Positions 1-11,540 of a stretch of DNA of 64,000 nucleotides are shown here, piece by piece. A model generated the notes under the pieces. The model did not search any database, had not been told where the DNA came from, and saw only the letters and a program-made list of their open reading frames with translations. Source of the stretch: Octopus bimaculoides (lineage: Eukaryota); assembly GCF_001194135.2 (NCBI RefSeq), contig NC_068981.1, forward strand, positions 2,516,402 through 2,580,401, read 5' to 3'. The position numbers and the translations under genes are program-made. How positions within the stretch are numbered: the stretch's first letter is position 1; every line of letters starts with the position of its first letter.

Positions 1-6
1 GATTAC

Positions 7-99
7 CATAATATGGTGGAATCATGTTATTTGAGCCAGTTGCTGGTGCTTGTGGTCCAAAAGGAACTGATGGCTGCATCACTGGTGGAGAATACGGTC
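7..99 (-). CDS. Gene A exon E7, Pro-rich, phase 1-1: (G)PYSPPVMQPSVPFGPQAPATGSNNMIPPYY(G); gene continues beyond window start
   Basis: Acceptor ttcttctaatttctacag|GA CCG TAT and donor TAT TAT G|gtaatc; 93 bp; open in phase 1; homologous to exon 1595-1714. Confidence 0.8.
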
Positions 100-399
100 C
101 TGTAGAAATTAGAAGAATTATTTTGGTAAGTTGTCACTTTTCTTACTGATGGAAGACAAAAACTGTTTCAATTCATCATCATCATCATTTAACGTCCATT
201 GTCCATGCTGGCATGGGTTGGACGGCTTGACTGGGCTGGCATTGGCTGCGACAATGATTTCACTTGCCTCAACATGTCTTCTCAAGCACAGCATATTGCC
301 TGAAGGGTACTTTTAAATGGGCCAGTTATGCAGCACTGGCATTGGCCACGATATAATTTAGGGCTAAGAAGTGGAGAGGATCACAGGAGCATGAGGTGG

Positions 400-1058
400 A
401 GAAGTGGTTCATAGGGCCCCTACAAACCACTCCTCTGCCTCCTGTCCATATGATCCTCTCCCCATCCTCTTGCTCCTATCCTCCCCCTCCTCCCCCTCCA
501 ACTCCTATGATCTTCTCCTCCCCCACTGTCCCTTTGATCCTCTCTTCTCCCTCTTACTCCTATGATCATCTCTTCCTCCTCCTATAATCGTCTCCCTCTC
601 TCATGCTAATATGATCTTCCTCTCCTCCTCCTACAATACTCTCCCCCTCTCCTCCCCTTCATGCTACTATGATCCTCCTCTCCCCCTCCTGCTCCTATAT
701 TCCTCTTCTCCCCCACTCACCCTATGATCCTTTCCTTCTCCCTCTGCCCCTATGTTCCTCTTCTCCCCCACTCTCCCTATCATCCTCTCCTTTTCCTCCT
801 GCATCTATGATCCTCTCCACTCCCTCCTCCCACTTCCTTTTCACTGCTCTTGTTGCATTCATCCCCTGGTCCTCCCGCCCCCATCTTTCTTTTCCTGTAC
901 TGAGCCTCTTTCTACAGTTTTCTCCTCCACTCTCATGACACCTCTCCTCTCTCTTTCTCATCCTCTTCCCACAACTCAGATTCCTCTTCACTCTCACATC
1001 TCTCACTGTATCTGCCCTACTCAACTCGATCCAGTCATCCTTAACCTTCCCTCTCTCA

Positions 1059-1092
<34 letters not shown>

Positions 1093-1165
1093 AACCATGA
1101 CACTTCTTCCTCTTCCTAATATGATCCTTGTCTCTTCTGCTACTCTCTCCACCACCACCACCATG
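400..1165. repeat. Degenerate pyrimidine-rich tandem repeat with recurring (c/a)tatgatc motif, ending in (CT)n
   Basis: tatgatc-like motif recurs about every 30-110 nt in CT-rich sequence. Confidence 0.7.
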
Positions 1166-1594
1166 GAATAATTATGATTGAAAATCTTATATTGGTTATG
1201 AATGCTTTAAGATGAAATCTTTTGCATCATAAAACCCAAGGTGGTCTTAGGCAGTTTACTATGAAAAAACTTAAGTACAAGTCTTTATCTAGAATTATGA
1301 AAAAACCTTTAAGGATTCAAACTGGTCATATCCAGCCAAAATATTCCACCTGTTTTATGTTCAAACTGGCCAGATCTGGCTGCTCACACCTACCCTACAA
1401 TGTCATTCTAAACAATCACATCATTGAATAAACAATCACACCACCATCATCGTTCAATGCCTATTTTCCAGTGCATAACTGGTACTTATTTAATCGACCC
1501 CGAAAGGATGAAAGGCAAAGTTGACTTCGGCGGAATTTGAAATAAGCTTTATATTAGAGAGAGTAATGTGATAGCAAAATGGTTAAAATATTAC

Positions 1595-1714
1595 CTGGAT
1601 TGTAATACGGTGGAAACACATTATTTTGGTAGGTAGCAGGTGTTGGCATTGAAGGAACCGGCGGATACATCGTTGGTGGAAATGCTTGTGGAAACGTTGA
1701 TGGAGAATATGGTC
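1595..1714 (-). CDS. Gene A exon E6, Pro-rich, phase 1-1: (G)PYSPSTFPQAFPPTMYPPVPSMPTPATYQNNVFPPYYNP(G)
   Basis: Acceptor atcttctaatttccacag|GA CCA TAT and donor AAT CCA G|gtaata; 120 bp; open frame. Confidence 0.85.
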
Positions 1715-1971
1715 CTGTGGAAATTAGAAGATTTATTATTGGTAAATCTAACGATTCTAAGGAAGAGCTTCAAGGGAACACAGCAGGGAAATGAAGAATC
1801 ATTTCTGTGATGTGAAATTTAAGTAGAATTGTAACCAAAATGAGAAGATCTTTCAAATACTGACATGTTAATAGCCATTGATAAAATGGTCAAATCTGAA
1901 ATAACCCAGATGTGACCACCCAATTGAACCCTCGCAGCACAGATTGAATTTTTATTGGTGATGGCTGTGTA

Positions 1972-2345
1972 GGCACAGGTATGGCTGTGTGGTAAAGGGT
2001 TCACTTCACAACCACATGGATTTGGGTTCAGTCCCACTACATAGCAACTTGAAAATGTACCTTCTGCTAGAGCCATGGGCTAACCAAAGCCTTGTGAATG
2101 GATTTGGTAGACGGAAACTGAAAGAAGCCCATCATGTGTGTGCGTGTGCGCCTTTGTGTTTGGGTTTGTCCCTCACCACTGAAGCATTGGTGGTGTGTTT
2201 ACATCCCCATATCTTAACAGTTCAGACAAAGAGACCAATAGAATAAGCATGAGGCTTAAATCGATTTATTCAACTGAAAATTCTTCAAGGTGGTGCTCCA
2301 GCATGGCCACAGTCTAATGATGGAAACAAAAGATGAAAGGTAAAA
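1972..2345 (+). mobile_element. tRNA-head SINE, family A
   Basis: A-box-like TGGCTGTGTGG and B-box-like GGGTTCAGTCCC, then GGATTTGGTAGACGGAAACTGAAAGAAGCC; more than 10 copies in the window. Confidence 0.8.
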
Positions 2346-2789
2346 GATTTAACACACAAATCATATGCAAATCAGTTCTCACAACCTCTTTCTATTGGCC
2401 AGTGAAAATAAAATATGCATAGGCACAGCATGGCCGTGTGGTAAAAAGATTGCTTCCCAACCACATGGCTCCGGATTCAGTCCCACCGCAGTGGGACTGA
2501 ACCCAGATCCATGTGGTTGTGAAGCGAACCTTTTACCACACAGCCATACCTGTGCCTACACAGCCATATTCTTTATATTGTATCGAAATTTCATGCATTC
2601 ATTTGTAAAATTAAGGAAATTATTAAAAATTGAAACCCATCAGTGACTTTTGGGACACCCTGTAAATATATTCACCTCTTATACCTCCTGACTTCAGCTC
2701 TATATTTCTGTCTGATAATGTCGCCTATACAGCTAAGAACTTTATAGGTACAAAATCAATGGTCACTCTCTGACCAGCCATAACAAAAA

Positions 2790-3050
2790 GACCTAAATTT
2801 ATACATACATGATGGCCGTCCACTTGTGACCGAGGAAGACCATTGCCGACCTTCGGGAACATTATGCGCTCTAGGACTAACTTATATTTTGCCTTTGCGG
2901 CTCCGTTGGTGGCTAATGAGCCCTGCTCTTGACAAGCATACACGACTGCAAACATTGCAGACCAAGCTTTCCCCATTCACTACACGAGCTGTGTGCTTTC
3001 GCGCAGCTCGTGTAAGTTCTTCATGCTGGATATGTGCTCAAATATATATA
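2790..3050 (-). mobile_element. RTE-clade LINE 3' end with C-terminal Zn-finger-like motif and (ATGT)n tail
   Basis: AHIQHEELTRAARKHTARVVNGESLVCNVCSRVCLSRAGLISHQRSRKGKI*; near-identical 3' end at 41090-41310. Confidence 0.8.
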
Positions 3051-4071
3051 GGGGGGAAAAAAAAAAAACGCACATATCGAGTAGAGGTCAGCAATGCCTA
3101 TGCAGAGTTTTAGGTCCAATAAGGCTCGCTCAACACCTCATAGACCCTCTCCACTTTATTGACATTATCCAGAGACAAGCCGGAGCAAGATGTCTGGTGC
3201 CAATATGAATCACAGGCTCAAGGATGTGGGAGCGCCATGATCTCTAGCACAAACCAAAGATCCCCCAAAATGTCCAATACCATTCCCTGCATATCTGGTT
3301 TTATATCAGAGTGACCTTCTCCTAGAGACATGCTTCAACAAAAGCTGAGGGGCGCCTCACTCCCACTGGTCTTTCAGCACGCCGGACACCATCCCAGAAT
3401 TTCTGTGTACCCGTGCTATTGCTAGATAGCCGTTGAGCCTGCACTTGGTCCATCCGAGCTTTCAACAGGTCTTGTTTTTAATCCTGCTGGGTTTCTAGCA
3501 ACCCTCCTCACCAGGGTAGCCTGGTGGGGGTGCCAGTTCAGTCGCCAGCAACCCGACCAATGCATACATACATTCTTAGAGAAGAATAGCACTAGAAGAG
3601 GGAATCCTCCAAATCTTGATTGAACATTATGAGCCTGATAACAAAGAGATAATTCCTTTCTGTTCACTCCTGATTGAGACATTTAATGTATGAATATATT
3701 GATTTTGAGTTCTATCATGTAATAAGTTCTGTCAGATTTTATCATCAAGAGAACTGATGCTGTATTACTTGCTCTGATGCAGTAAAACAGCAACGAGGTA
3801 GTTACCCTAATTCCAGCGAAGCCGAACAAGAGCAATTTTATCAGCAACAACGAGACTTTTGGTCACTTTTAAGTTTTTCCTATTTGTGATAGTAACTTGG
3901 TATTCAACACTTTGCTCTCCACTTTGGAAAAAGATCAAACAGTTCCATTTTATTTCAACTGTCGCAAAGCAAGAATAAGGGAAATAACTCTTGAAGACTT
4001 TTCCAAGTTGAACCAGTATGTTCCCTTCGTGAAAAAACATTGCTGTTCCATTCGGTTTCATCCAACCATGC

Positions 4072-4127
<56 letters not shown>

Positions 4128-4284
4128 CCTTTCTGCTAAAGGCACAAGGCCTGAAATTTGGGGGAGGGGGATGAGTCGATTACATCGACCCCAGTTCTCA
4201 ACTGGTACTTATTTCATTGACCCCGAAAGAATGAAAGGCGAAGTCAACCTCAACAGAATTTGAACTCAGAACGTAAAGATGGAC

Positions 4285-4319
<35 letters not shown>

Positions 4320-4444
4320 CCTTTCTGTTATAGGCACAAAGCTTGAAATTTTTGGGGAGGGGACTAGTCGATTGCATTGACCCCAGGTTTTCACTGGTAC
4401 TTGATTTATTGACACAGAATTTGAATTCAGAACGTAAAGACGGA

Positions 4445-4476
<32 letters not shown>

Positions 4477-4515
4477 TAATAATGATAATCGTTTCTACCA
4501 TAGGCACGAGGCCTT
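4072..4515 (-). mobile_element. Three head-to-tail partial copies of the (AAT)n-associated SINE, family C
   Basis: Repeated aggcacaaggcctgaaatttt...actggtactt...gaactcagaacgtaaaga units, each preceded by (AAT)n. Confidence 0.75.
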
Positions 4516-4910
4516 GATTGCAAACTTTAGGCAAGGTGACCAAATATTATTGTACTGGACAAGGGGGTAAAAAAGTGCATTATCAAAGATGTGGTTATAT
4601 TTGTGGACATTAATGTAGGGGTCAAAGAAGAGGAGAAAATAGGAAATTACCAGGATCTGGTTAGAGAAATATGACAACTGAGGAGGGTTTCTACAAAAGT
4701 AACCTAAGATGTTATGGGTACCTTAGGGACCATCACCAAAGACGGTTTTCTTATCGTGATTGGTGTAACTACAATAAAGGCATTAATTCTGAAATGTACT
4801 CTATTGGGAAAAGCAAGGACTGTAAGAAAGATCCTCGATCTCTAAGGAAATTGGTTGTGATCCAGTATCAAGGACATTGATTCTGAATGTAAAACATTTG
4901 TGCACACCAT
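4515..4910 (+). mobile_element. R4/Dong-like non-LTR element 3' fragment (restriction-like endonuclease), decayed
   Basis: AR*PNIIVLDKGVKKCIIKDVV...EKIGNYQDLVREI...GTLGTITK...LLGKARTVRKIL; (AAT)n on both sides. Confidence 0.7.
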
Positions 4911-5123
4911 GAATAATAACAATAATAATGATGATGATGATGAACTCAACCATGCTCAGGTGCATTAAAAGCTTGTTGGAAAAAGTTAAAAGTGAGGTGA
5001 AAAAGCAGACATAGAAGTCAAATAGAGAAAGACAGCAATGAAAGCTAAAAGTACATACACAGCACACAGCATAAGAGAATGTGAAATGTTTGGTTCAAAT
5101 ACATTTTAAGTTCTTCAAATAGT

Positions 5124-5700
5124 CATCATCATCATCATCATTATCATTGTTGTCGTTTGATGTCCATTTTCCCATGCTGGCATGGGTTGGACGGTTTGAC
5201 TGAGGACTGGCAAACTGGGAGGCTGCACAGGTTCCAGTTTGATTTAGTAAGGTTTCTACAGCTGGACATCCTTCCTAATGCCAACCACTCCAAGAGTGTT
5301 GTGGGTATTCTTACATGCCACTGGCACGGGAGCCAGTCGACTACACTCGAATGCCACTGGCATTGACCACACTCGAATGGTGCATTTTATGTGCCACTGG
5401 CATGGGTGCTAGTCAGGTGGCACTGGCATCGGCCATGCTTGAATGGTGCTTTTAACGTGCCACCAGCACAGGTTCCCATCAGACGGCACTAGCATCGGCC
5501 ATGCTTGACTGGTGCTTTTCATGTGCCACCAGCACAGGTGCCCATCAGGTGGCACTAGCATCGGCCATGCTTGACTGGTGCTTTTTATGTGCCATCAGCA
5601 CAGGTGCCCATCAGGTAGCACTAGCATCAGCCAAGCTTGACTGGTGCTTTTTATGTGCCACCAACACAGGTGTCCATCAGGTGGCACTGGCATCGGCCAC
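5124..5700 (-). mobile_element. RTE LINE 3'UTR copy ((GAT)n tail) with five 66-bp subrepeats
   Basis: Matches the UTR that follows the RTE ORF2 stop at 16146; unit starts at 5419, 5485, 5551, 5617, 5683. Confidence 0.8.
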
Positions 5701-5819
5701 AGCTGGCAAAATTTGTAGCATATTAGTGAGTGGGAGTATGGTAGAATAGCAGTTTATCCAGTTAATTAAAAACAAGTCTTTGTCTAAAACATTGAAATAA
5801 CAAGCTTTCAAAACATTAC

Positions 5820-6235
5820 CTGGATCATAAAATGGTGGCACTGAATCTCTGTAAGGAGTAGATGGTGTCTGGAAAGGAAATGACGGAGCATTAACTGGTG
5901 GATAGTTTACTGGCGGAGAGCTGCCTGGTGGAAAGTCTATTGGTGGAAAGTTTCCTGGTGGAGAGTTTACTGGTGGAAAGTTCCTTGGTGGAAAGTTCCC
6001 TGGTGGAAAGTTTACTGGTGGAAAGTTTCCTGGTGGAGAGATTCCTGGTGGAAAGTCTACTGGTGGAAAGTTTCCTGGTGGAGAGTTTCCTGGTGGAAAG
6101 TTTACTGGTGGAAAGTTTACTGGTGGAAAGTTCCCTGGTGGAAAGTTTCCTGGTGGAAAGTTTCCTGGTGGAGAGTTTCCTGGTGGAAAGTTTACTGGTG
6201 GAAAGTTTACTGGTGGAAAGTTTCCTGGTGGAGAG
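5820..6235 (-). CDS. Gene A exon E5 (3' part; acceptor lost in gap): 23 (F/S/Y)PP(G/V)N-type pentapeptides then APSFPFQTPSTPYRDSVPPFYDP(G)
   Basis: 15-bp tandem repeat in an open frame; donor GAT CCA G|gtaatg (phase 1); C-terminal PPFYDP matches PPYYNP of E6. Confidence 0.85.
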
Positions 6236-7029
6236 NNNNNNNNNNNNNNNNNNNNNNNNNNNNNNNNNNNNNNNNNNNNNNNNNNNNNNNNNNNNNNNNN
6301 NNNNNNNNNNNNNNNNNNNNNNNNNNNNNNNNNNNNNNNNNNNNNNNNNNNNNNNNNNNNNNNNNNNNNNNNNNNNNNNNNNNNNNNNNNNNNNNNNNNN
6401 NNNNNNNNNNNNNNNNNNNNNNNNNNNNNNNNNNNNNNNNNNNNNNNNNNNNNNNNNNNNNNNNNNNNNNNNNNNNNNNNNNNNNNNNNNNNNNNNNNNN
6501 NNNNNNNNNNNNNNNNNNNNNNNNNNNNNNNNNNNNNNNNNNNNNNNNNNNNNNNNNNNNNNNNNNNNNNNNNNNNNNNNNNNNNNNNNNNNNNNNNNNN
6601 NNNNNNNNNNNNNNNNNNNNNNNNNNNNNNNNNNNNNNNNNNNNNNNNNNNNNNNNNNNNNNNNNNNNNNNNNNNNNNNNNNNNNNNNNNNNNNNNNNNN
6701 NNNNNNNNNNNNNNNNNNNNNNNNNNNNNNNNNNNNNNNNNNNNNNNNNNNNNNNNNNNNNNNNNNNNNNNNNNNNNNNNNNNNNNNNNNNNNNNNNNNN
6801 NNNNNNNNNNNNNNNNNNNNNNNNNNNNNNNNNNNNNNNNNNNNNNNNNNNNNNNNNNNNNNNNNNNNNNNNNNNNNNNNNNNNNNNNNNNNNNNNNNNN
6901 NNNNNNNNNNNNNNNNNNNNNNNNNNNNNNNNNNNNNNNNNNNNNNNNNNNNNNNNNNNNNNNNNNNNNNNNNNNNNNNNNNNNNNNNNNNNNNNNNNNN
7001 NNNNNNNNNNNNNNNNNNNNNNNNNNNNN
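6236..7029. other. Assembly gap hiding the 5' part of exon E5
   Basis: 794 N directly abutting the 15-bp coding repeat; followed by (GT)n. Confidence 0.95.
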
Positions 7030-7097
<68 letters not shown>

Positions 7098-7179
7098 AGG
7101 AGCTTGCTTTCAAAACCAGTATAAGTGCATATTTGGTTGATTTTATGATAACCACTAAAGCACCATCTTTATTAGAATA

Positions 7180-8055
7180 GTCAATAACCACATCAAAACA
7201 GGCATCTTCTATAAACCCACAGATTCAAAACAATTCCTATTATTCAACTCATGCCACCCCAAACACATAAAAATTAATAAACCTTATAATCTAGCGAAAA
7301 GAATCTGTACCATAGTTTCGGACACCTATACACATGAACGAAGACTCCTTGAACTCAGATCAATACTAATCAAGAGACATTACTCAACATCATTAATAAA
7401 TGATGGGATTAAATGAGCTAAGGAAATAGACATACAAACATTAAGGGAAGTCAACTGAAATACTAAACTAGCCTTTAAAATACTCCCATACATCTCCACA
7501 CAACCCTAGAAACAACGAAGCCTTTAACGTTATCATCCAAAATCTACCCATCCTCACAAGAGATAAAACAATGAACAAAATTTTAGGCTCACACAAAATT
7601 ATCAAGAGCAAAATGCAACCGAAACCATTGGAAAAATATTAACCAACGCAAGACTTTATCCATTAACAACAGAACCAAAAGTGAAAAAATGTGGTCGGCC
7701 TAACTGTGGCACATGCCCCCACTTTTTGGAGGGTACAGAGTTCCACTTTAAACACGGTGAAACATTTAAGATTAAATCAAATTTCACCTGTACCTCAGAA
7801 AACCTAATTTATGCCATTACCTGCTTAGGGCGCGGTAATTAATATATTGGCCAAACAGGAATATCACTCTGTCGAAGAACCACTCTTCACAAACAACAAA
7901 TCTGCCGCCAAATACAGACAGATATAGATCAGTAAACACATAGAAAGGTGTGCTAGGAACCTTAATCCTAATTTCATAATTTTCTCCTTCTATCAATGTT
8001 CACAGAACACCTCAGTACAATTTTCATTAATAAATATCATCCACAACTTAAAATG
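7180..8055 (+). mobile_element. Penelope-like element: RT thumb plus GIY-YIG endonuclease, decayed
   Basis: IFYKPTDSKQFLLFNSCHPKHIK...; CGRPNCGTCP...NLIYAITC...YIGQTG; contains stops and frameshifts. Confidence 0.85.
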
Positions 8056-8510
8056 AACACAACATAATACAGAACACTACTAACCTTACCAATAATGCCA
8101 CTAACACCCATACATTCCTTACACTATTCATATTATAGTATTATATTGACCCTAACTGCACCACATCCAGAACTACTTACCCCCTTACACACAATCTTTT
8201 TACTCAGGGACTAATAGACCCGACACCGTTTTATAATCGGTGCACATTCAAAGCCAGTGAACAGCAATGACGACACCGGTTTGACTTTGAATCTCTTTAA
8301 CAATTCAAAATAATGAACTTAATTCCTCTTAATTCTACCTCAGTTCATCTAATTGCATTTATTTATTTATTGCTACTTTTCATAAAAAAGCCTTTATTTT
8401 TTTGATATTCAATGTGTATTTTCGCTTTTTTCTTCTTACTTTCCCCATATCTTTTCCACATGTAGTTTCTATCTTCTTTTTGAAACATATTTCTATTATA
8501 TATATATATA

Positions 8511-8812
8511 TCATCATCATCATCATCATCATCTTCATCGTTTAACGTCCACTTTCCATGCTAGCATGGGTTTGACGATTTGACTGAGGACTGGTGAAAC
8601 CAGATGGCAACACCAGGCTCCAATCTGATTTGGCAGAGTTTCTACAGCTGGATGCCTTTCCTAACGCCAACCACTCAGAGAGTGTAGTGGGTGCTTTTAC
8701 GTGTCACCCGCATGAAGGCCAGTCAGGCGGTACTGGCAACAGCCACGCTCGTTATGGTGTATTTTATGTGCCACCTGCACAAGAGCCAGTCCAGGGGCAC
8801 TGGCAACAATCT
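8511..8812 (-). mobile_element. RTE LINE 3'UTR copy
   Basis: (CAT)n then cgtttaacgtccactttccatgctagcatggg...cagctggatgcc. Confidence 0.8.
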
Positions 8813-9159
8813 CATATATATATAATACAAAGAATATATATGCATGTATACACACGTATGTGTACATACTTACATCTACATGTGTATATAGATGCATATC
8901 AGGGCACAGGACGCTAGAACAATGAACTACAGACCACGGAACGAACACATAGGAAAACAGATAGCTACTTGGAATTAATCTTTCATCAGCTGCCTCTATT
9001 CTAACTAGACATTTCGAAGATAAGGCAATATATATATATATATATATATATATGACAAGTGACCGAGACCATTGGTGATATGCTGTGCTTGGTGACAATA
9101 ATGATTACTACAGATTATGGTACAAATATTCATTACTGGAAAATAATCGTGATTCTTAC

Positions 9160-9216
9160 TTGGGTTTTCATTGTAACAACCAATTTGTTGACAAATGCGA
9201 AAATTTTCCGAGTTAA
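9160..9216 (-). CDS. Gene A exon E4, phase 1-1: (F)NSENFRICQQIGCYNENP
   Basis: Acceptor gatattttcttccag and donor CAA|gtaaga; 57 bp; CQxxxC motif shared with E3. Confidence 0.65.
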
Positions 9217-9324
9217 CTGGAAGAAAATATCAAAGAAAATATATTAGGGTTAGACAGAAAGGAAGAAAGAAGAATAGAATGGGATAAATTAAGTTTCAAA
9301 GCAAACTTATGAAGATGACAGTCA

Positions 9325-9725
9325 TGATGATAATGATAATGATAATGATGATGATGATGATGATGATGATGAGGAGGAGGAGGAGGAGGAGGAGAAAACA
9401 ATGATGAGGATAATGATCTTGACAATGATGATGATGATGATAATGTTGATGATGACAACGATGATGACAATAATGATGATGATGATGGGGGTGGTGGTGA
9501 CAATGATGATGATAACAGTAAAAATGACGAAGAAGACGGTGACGATGATGATGATGATAAAGATGCTGGTGATAATAATGACAATGAAGAGAGCAGTGAT
9601 GATGATTTTGATGGTGATGATAACGACAATGATGACAAATAATGATAACGAGGATAACAACGAAAATAACGATGAAGATAACGATGATAATAATAATTGT
9701 GATGATGACAACAACAATAACAAGG
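9325..9725. repeat. Compound (GAT)/(GAG)/(AAC) trinucleotide repeat
   Basis: Direct sequence; source of the poly-His/Met/Ser ORF artefacts. Confidence 0.9.
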
Positions 9726-10081
9726 AAGACATATGGAAGATGAGAAAAAGCCAAGTTGAAAGGTACAAAGATGCAATGGGAAGGATGTAGCAAAAGGTGT
9801 TGAGGAAGCAGATGAAACAGGCATGTGGACAACGGTCAAAGTAAAACAATGGGAAAACGTCGGATTGTGGTTTGAATAATTTATTTCAGTATCTCCTGAC
9901 TGGCCCTCGTGCTGGTGGCACGTAAAAGCACCCACTACACTCTCAGAGCGGTTGGCATTAGGAAGGGCATCCAGCTGTAGAAACCTTGCCTGATCAGATT
10001 GGAGCCTGGTGCAGCCTCCTGGCTCACTAATCCCCAGTCAAACCGTCCAACCCATGCTAGCATGGAAAGTGGACGTTAAAC

Positions 10082-10116
<35 letters not shown>

Positions 10117-10755
10117 GCACTTGCATTATTTTCGTTGTTATCATCATTATCATTATTTGTCATCACTGTTGTCATCATCACCATCAAAAAAGTCACAACA
10201 AGGACCTCAGACAGACAGTACTTTATGCAATATACATGCAGTTCCAAGTAATGCCAACTTTTGCAATACACCTAGATTGTAGGGTATTTTTTAAATTTTC
10301 AGATGTTTTTTCAGGTTGGGTAGTATTGAACCTAATGCTCCGATGACAATAAGGACACCCTTTATTATTATGATTGAGTGAGAGATCAGTGATACCAAAG
10401 TGACACTGGGGTGCAAATATACGAAGCCCAATATACCCATCATGACAACCCGTCTGATAAGGGTACACCAGGCACATGCATCACAATCATATGTGCGTGA
10501 CATGGTGATCTCATATCAAGATAAACAGCGCATGACCTTGCAGGTGGGGCCCAGTTAGAATTTTCTTCAGGTCGAGTAGCCCATCCCACTCAAAAGGTCC
10601 CTGAATAAGGGTTATTTAAGGATGATGAACAAAACCCCCATGTTTTCAGGGATGAATTATTCAAACCCCAAATAATTCCTCTCAACACATGCGCCTCCCC
10701 TCCCCACTACTTCTGCTTGTGATCAGAGATGCACAAATCATCACTGAAAGTGCTA

Positions 10756-10842
10756 AAAACCAAACATCCAGCCAACGTCATGGTGTCTGGAGTGATCACT
10801 AGTGATGGCAACGTTGTGCCTCCATTCGTCTTCCCACATGGC
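10756..10842 (+). mobile_element. Tc1/mariner (maT-like) transposase fragment
   Basis: KTKHPANVMVSGVITSDGNVVPPFVFPHG. Confidence 0.55.
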
Positions 10843-11477
10843 TCGAGATGTCAATGTTATTTTCATTTTTGCATAATTTAGATGGGAGTTTATTCACCAC
10901 ACCCTATATCATCATCATCATCGTTTAACATCCGTTTTCCATGCTGGCATCGGTTAGACGGTTCGACTGGGGTCTGGGAAGCCAGGAGGCTGCACCAGGC
11001 TTCAATCTGATCTGGTAGTGTTTCTACAGCTGGGTGCCCTTCCTAATGGCAACCTCTCTGAGAGTATAGTGGGTGCTTTTTACGTGCCACTGGCACAGGG
11101 GCCAGAGTAGCTGGCATCAACTACGATCAGATGGTGCTCTTTAAGTGTCATCAGCACGAGGCACCCGTGAATCTTAGTCATGATCGCTGCCAGAGTCATG
11201 TTAAAGGCACCCATGAAGTGTAGCCATGGTCATTGCCGGTGTCATGTAAATGGCACTTGTGCCAGTGGTACATAAAAACACCCATTATACTCCTGGAGTG
11301 GTTGGCATTAGGAAGGGCATCCAACCATAGAAATTATGCCAAATCAGACTGGAACCCGGTGCAGCTCTCTGGCTCATCAATTCCAATCAAACTGTCTGAC
11401 CCATACCAGCTTGGAGAGAGGACATTAAATGATGATGATGATGAAGGACTGAGAAAAAATGAAAATGCAATACTCAC

Positions 11478-11540
11478 AGGCTGCATTTTGGCAATGAAAG
11501 TCTTGGCACATAAGTGATGTTCTTACTAAATTTCCAGTCA
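11478..11540 (-). CDS. Gene A exon E3, phase 1-1: (V)TGNLVRTSLMCQDFHCQNAA
   Basis: Acceptor ttttttttatcattttag and donor CCT|gtgagt; 63 bp; phase 1 is the only frame open in both E3 and E4. Confidence 0.7.

Noticed and set aside
1972-2050. tRNA-like A/B boxes in SINE heads
   Set aside because: No cloverleaf, and the head is fused to a SINE body in many copies; not tRNA genes.
5677-7191. Long ORFs spanning N-gaps (also 15855-16555, 21783-22808, 26115-26865, 35474-35924)
   Set aside because: Length is an artefact of N translated as X; only 5820-6235 and the RTE piece near 16000 are supported as coding.
8975-9030. Permuted GAAA...GTC...CTGATGA hammerhead-like words; also a degenerate core near 14494-14516
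   Set aside because: Stems I and III do not form or core bases are mutated; at most dead Penelope-element remnants.
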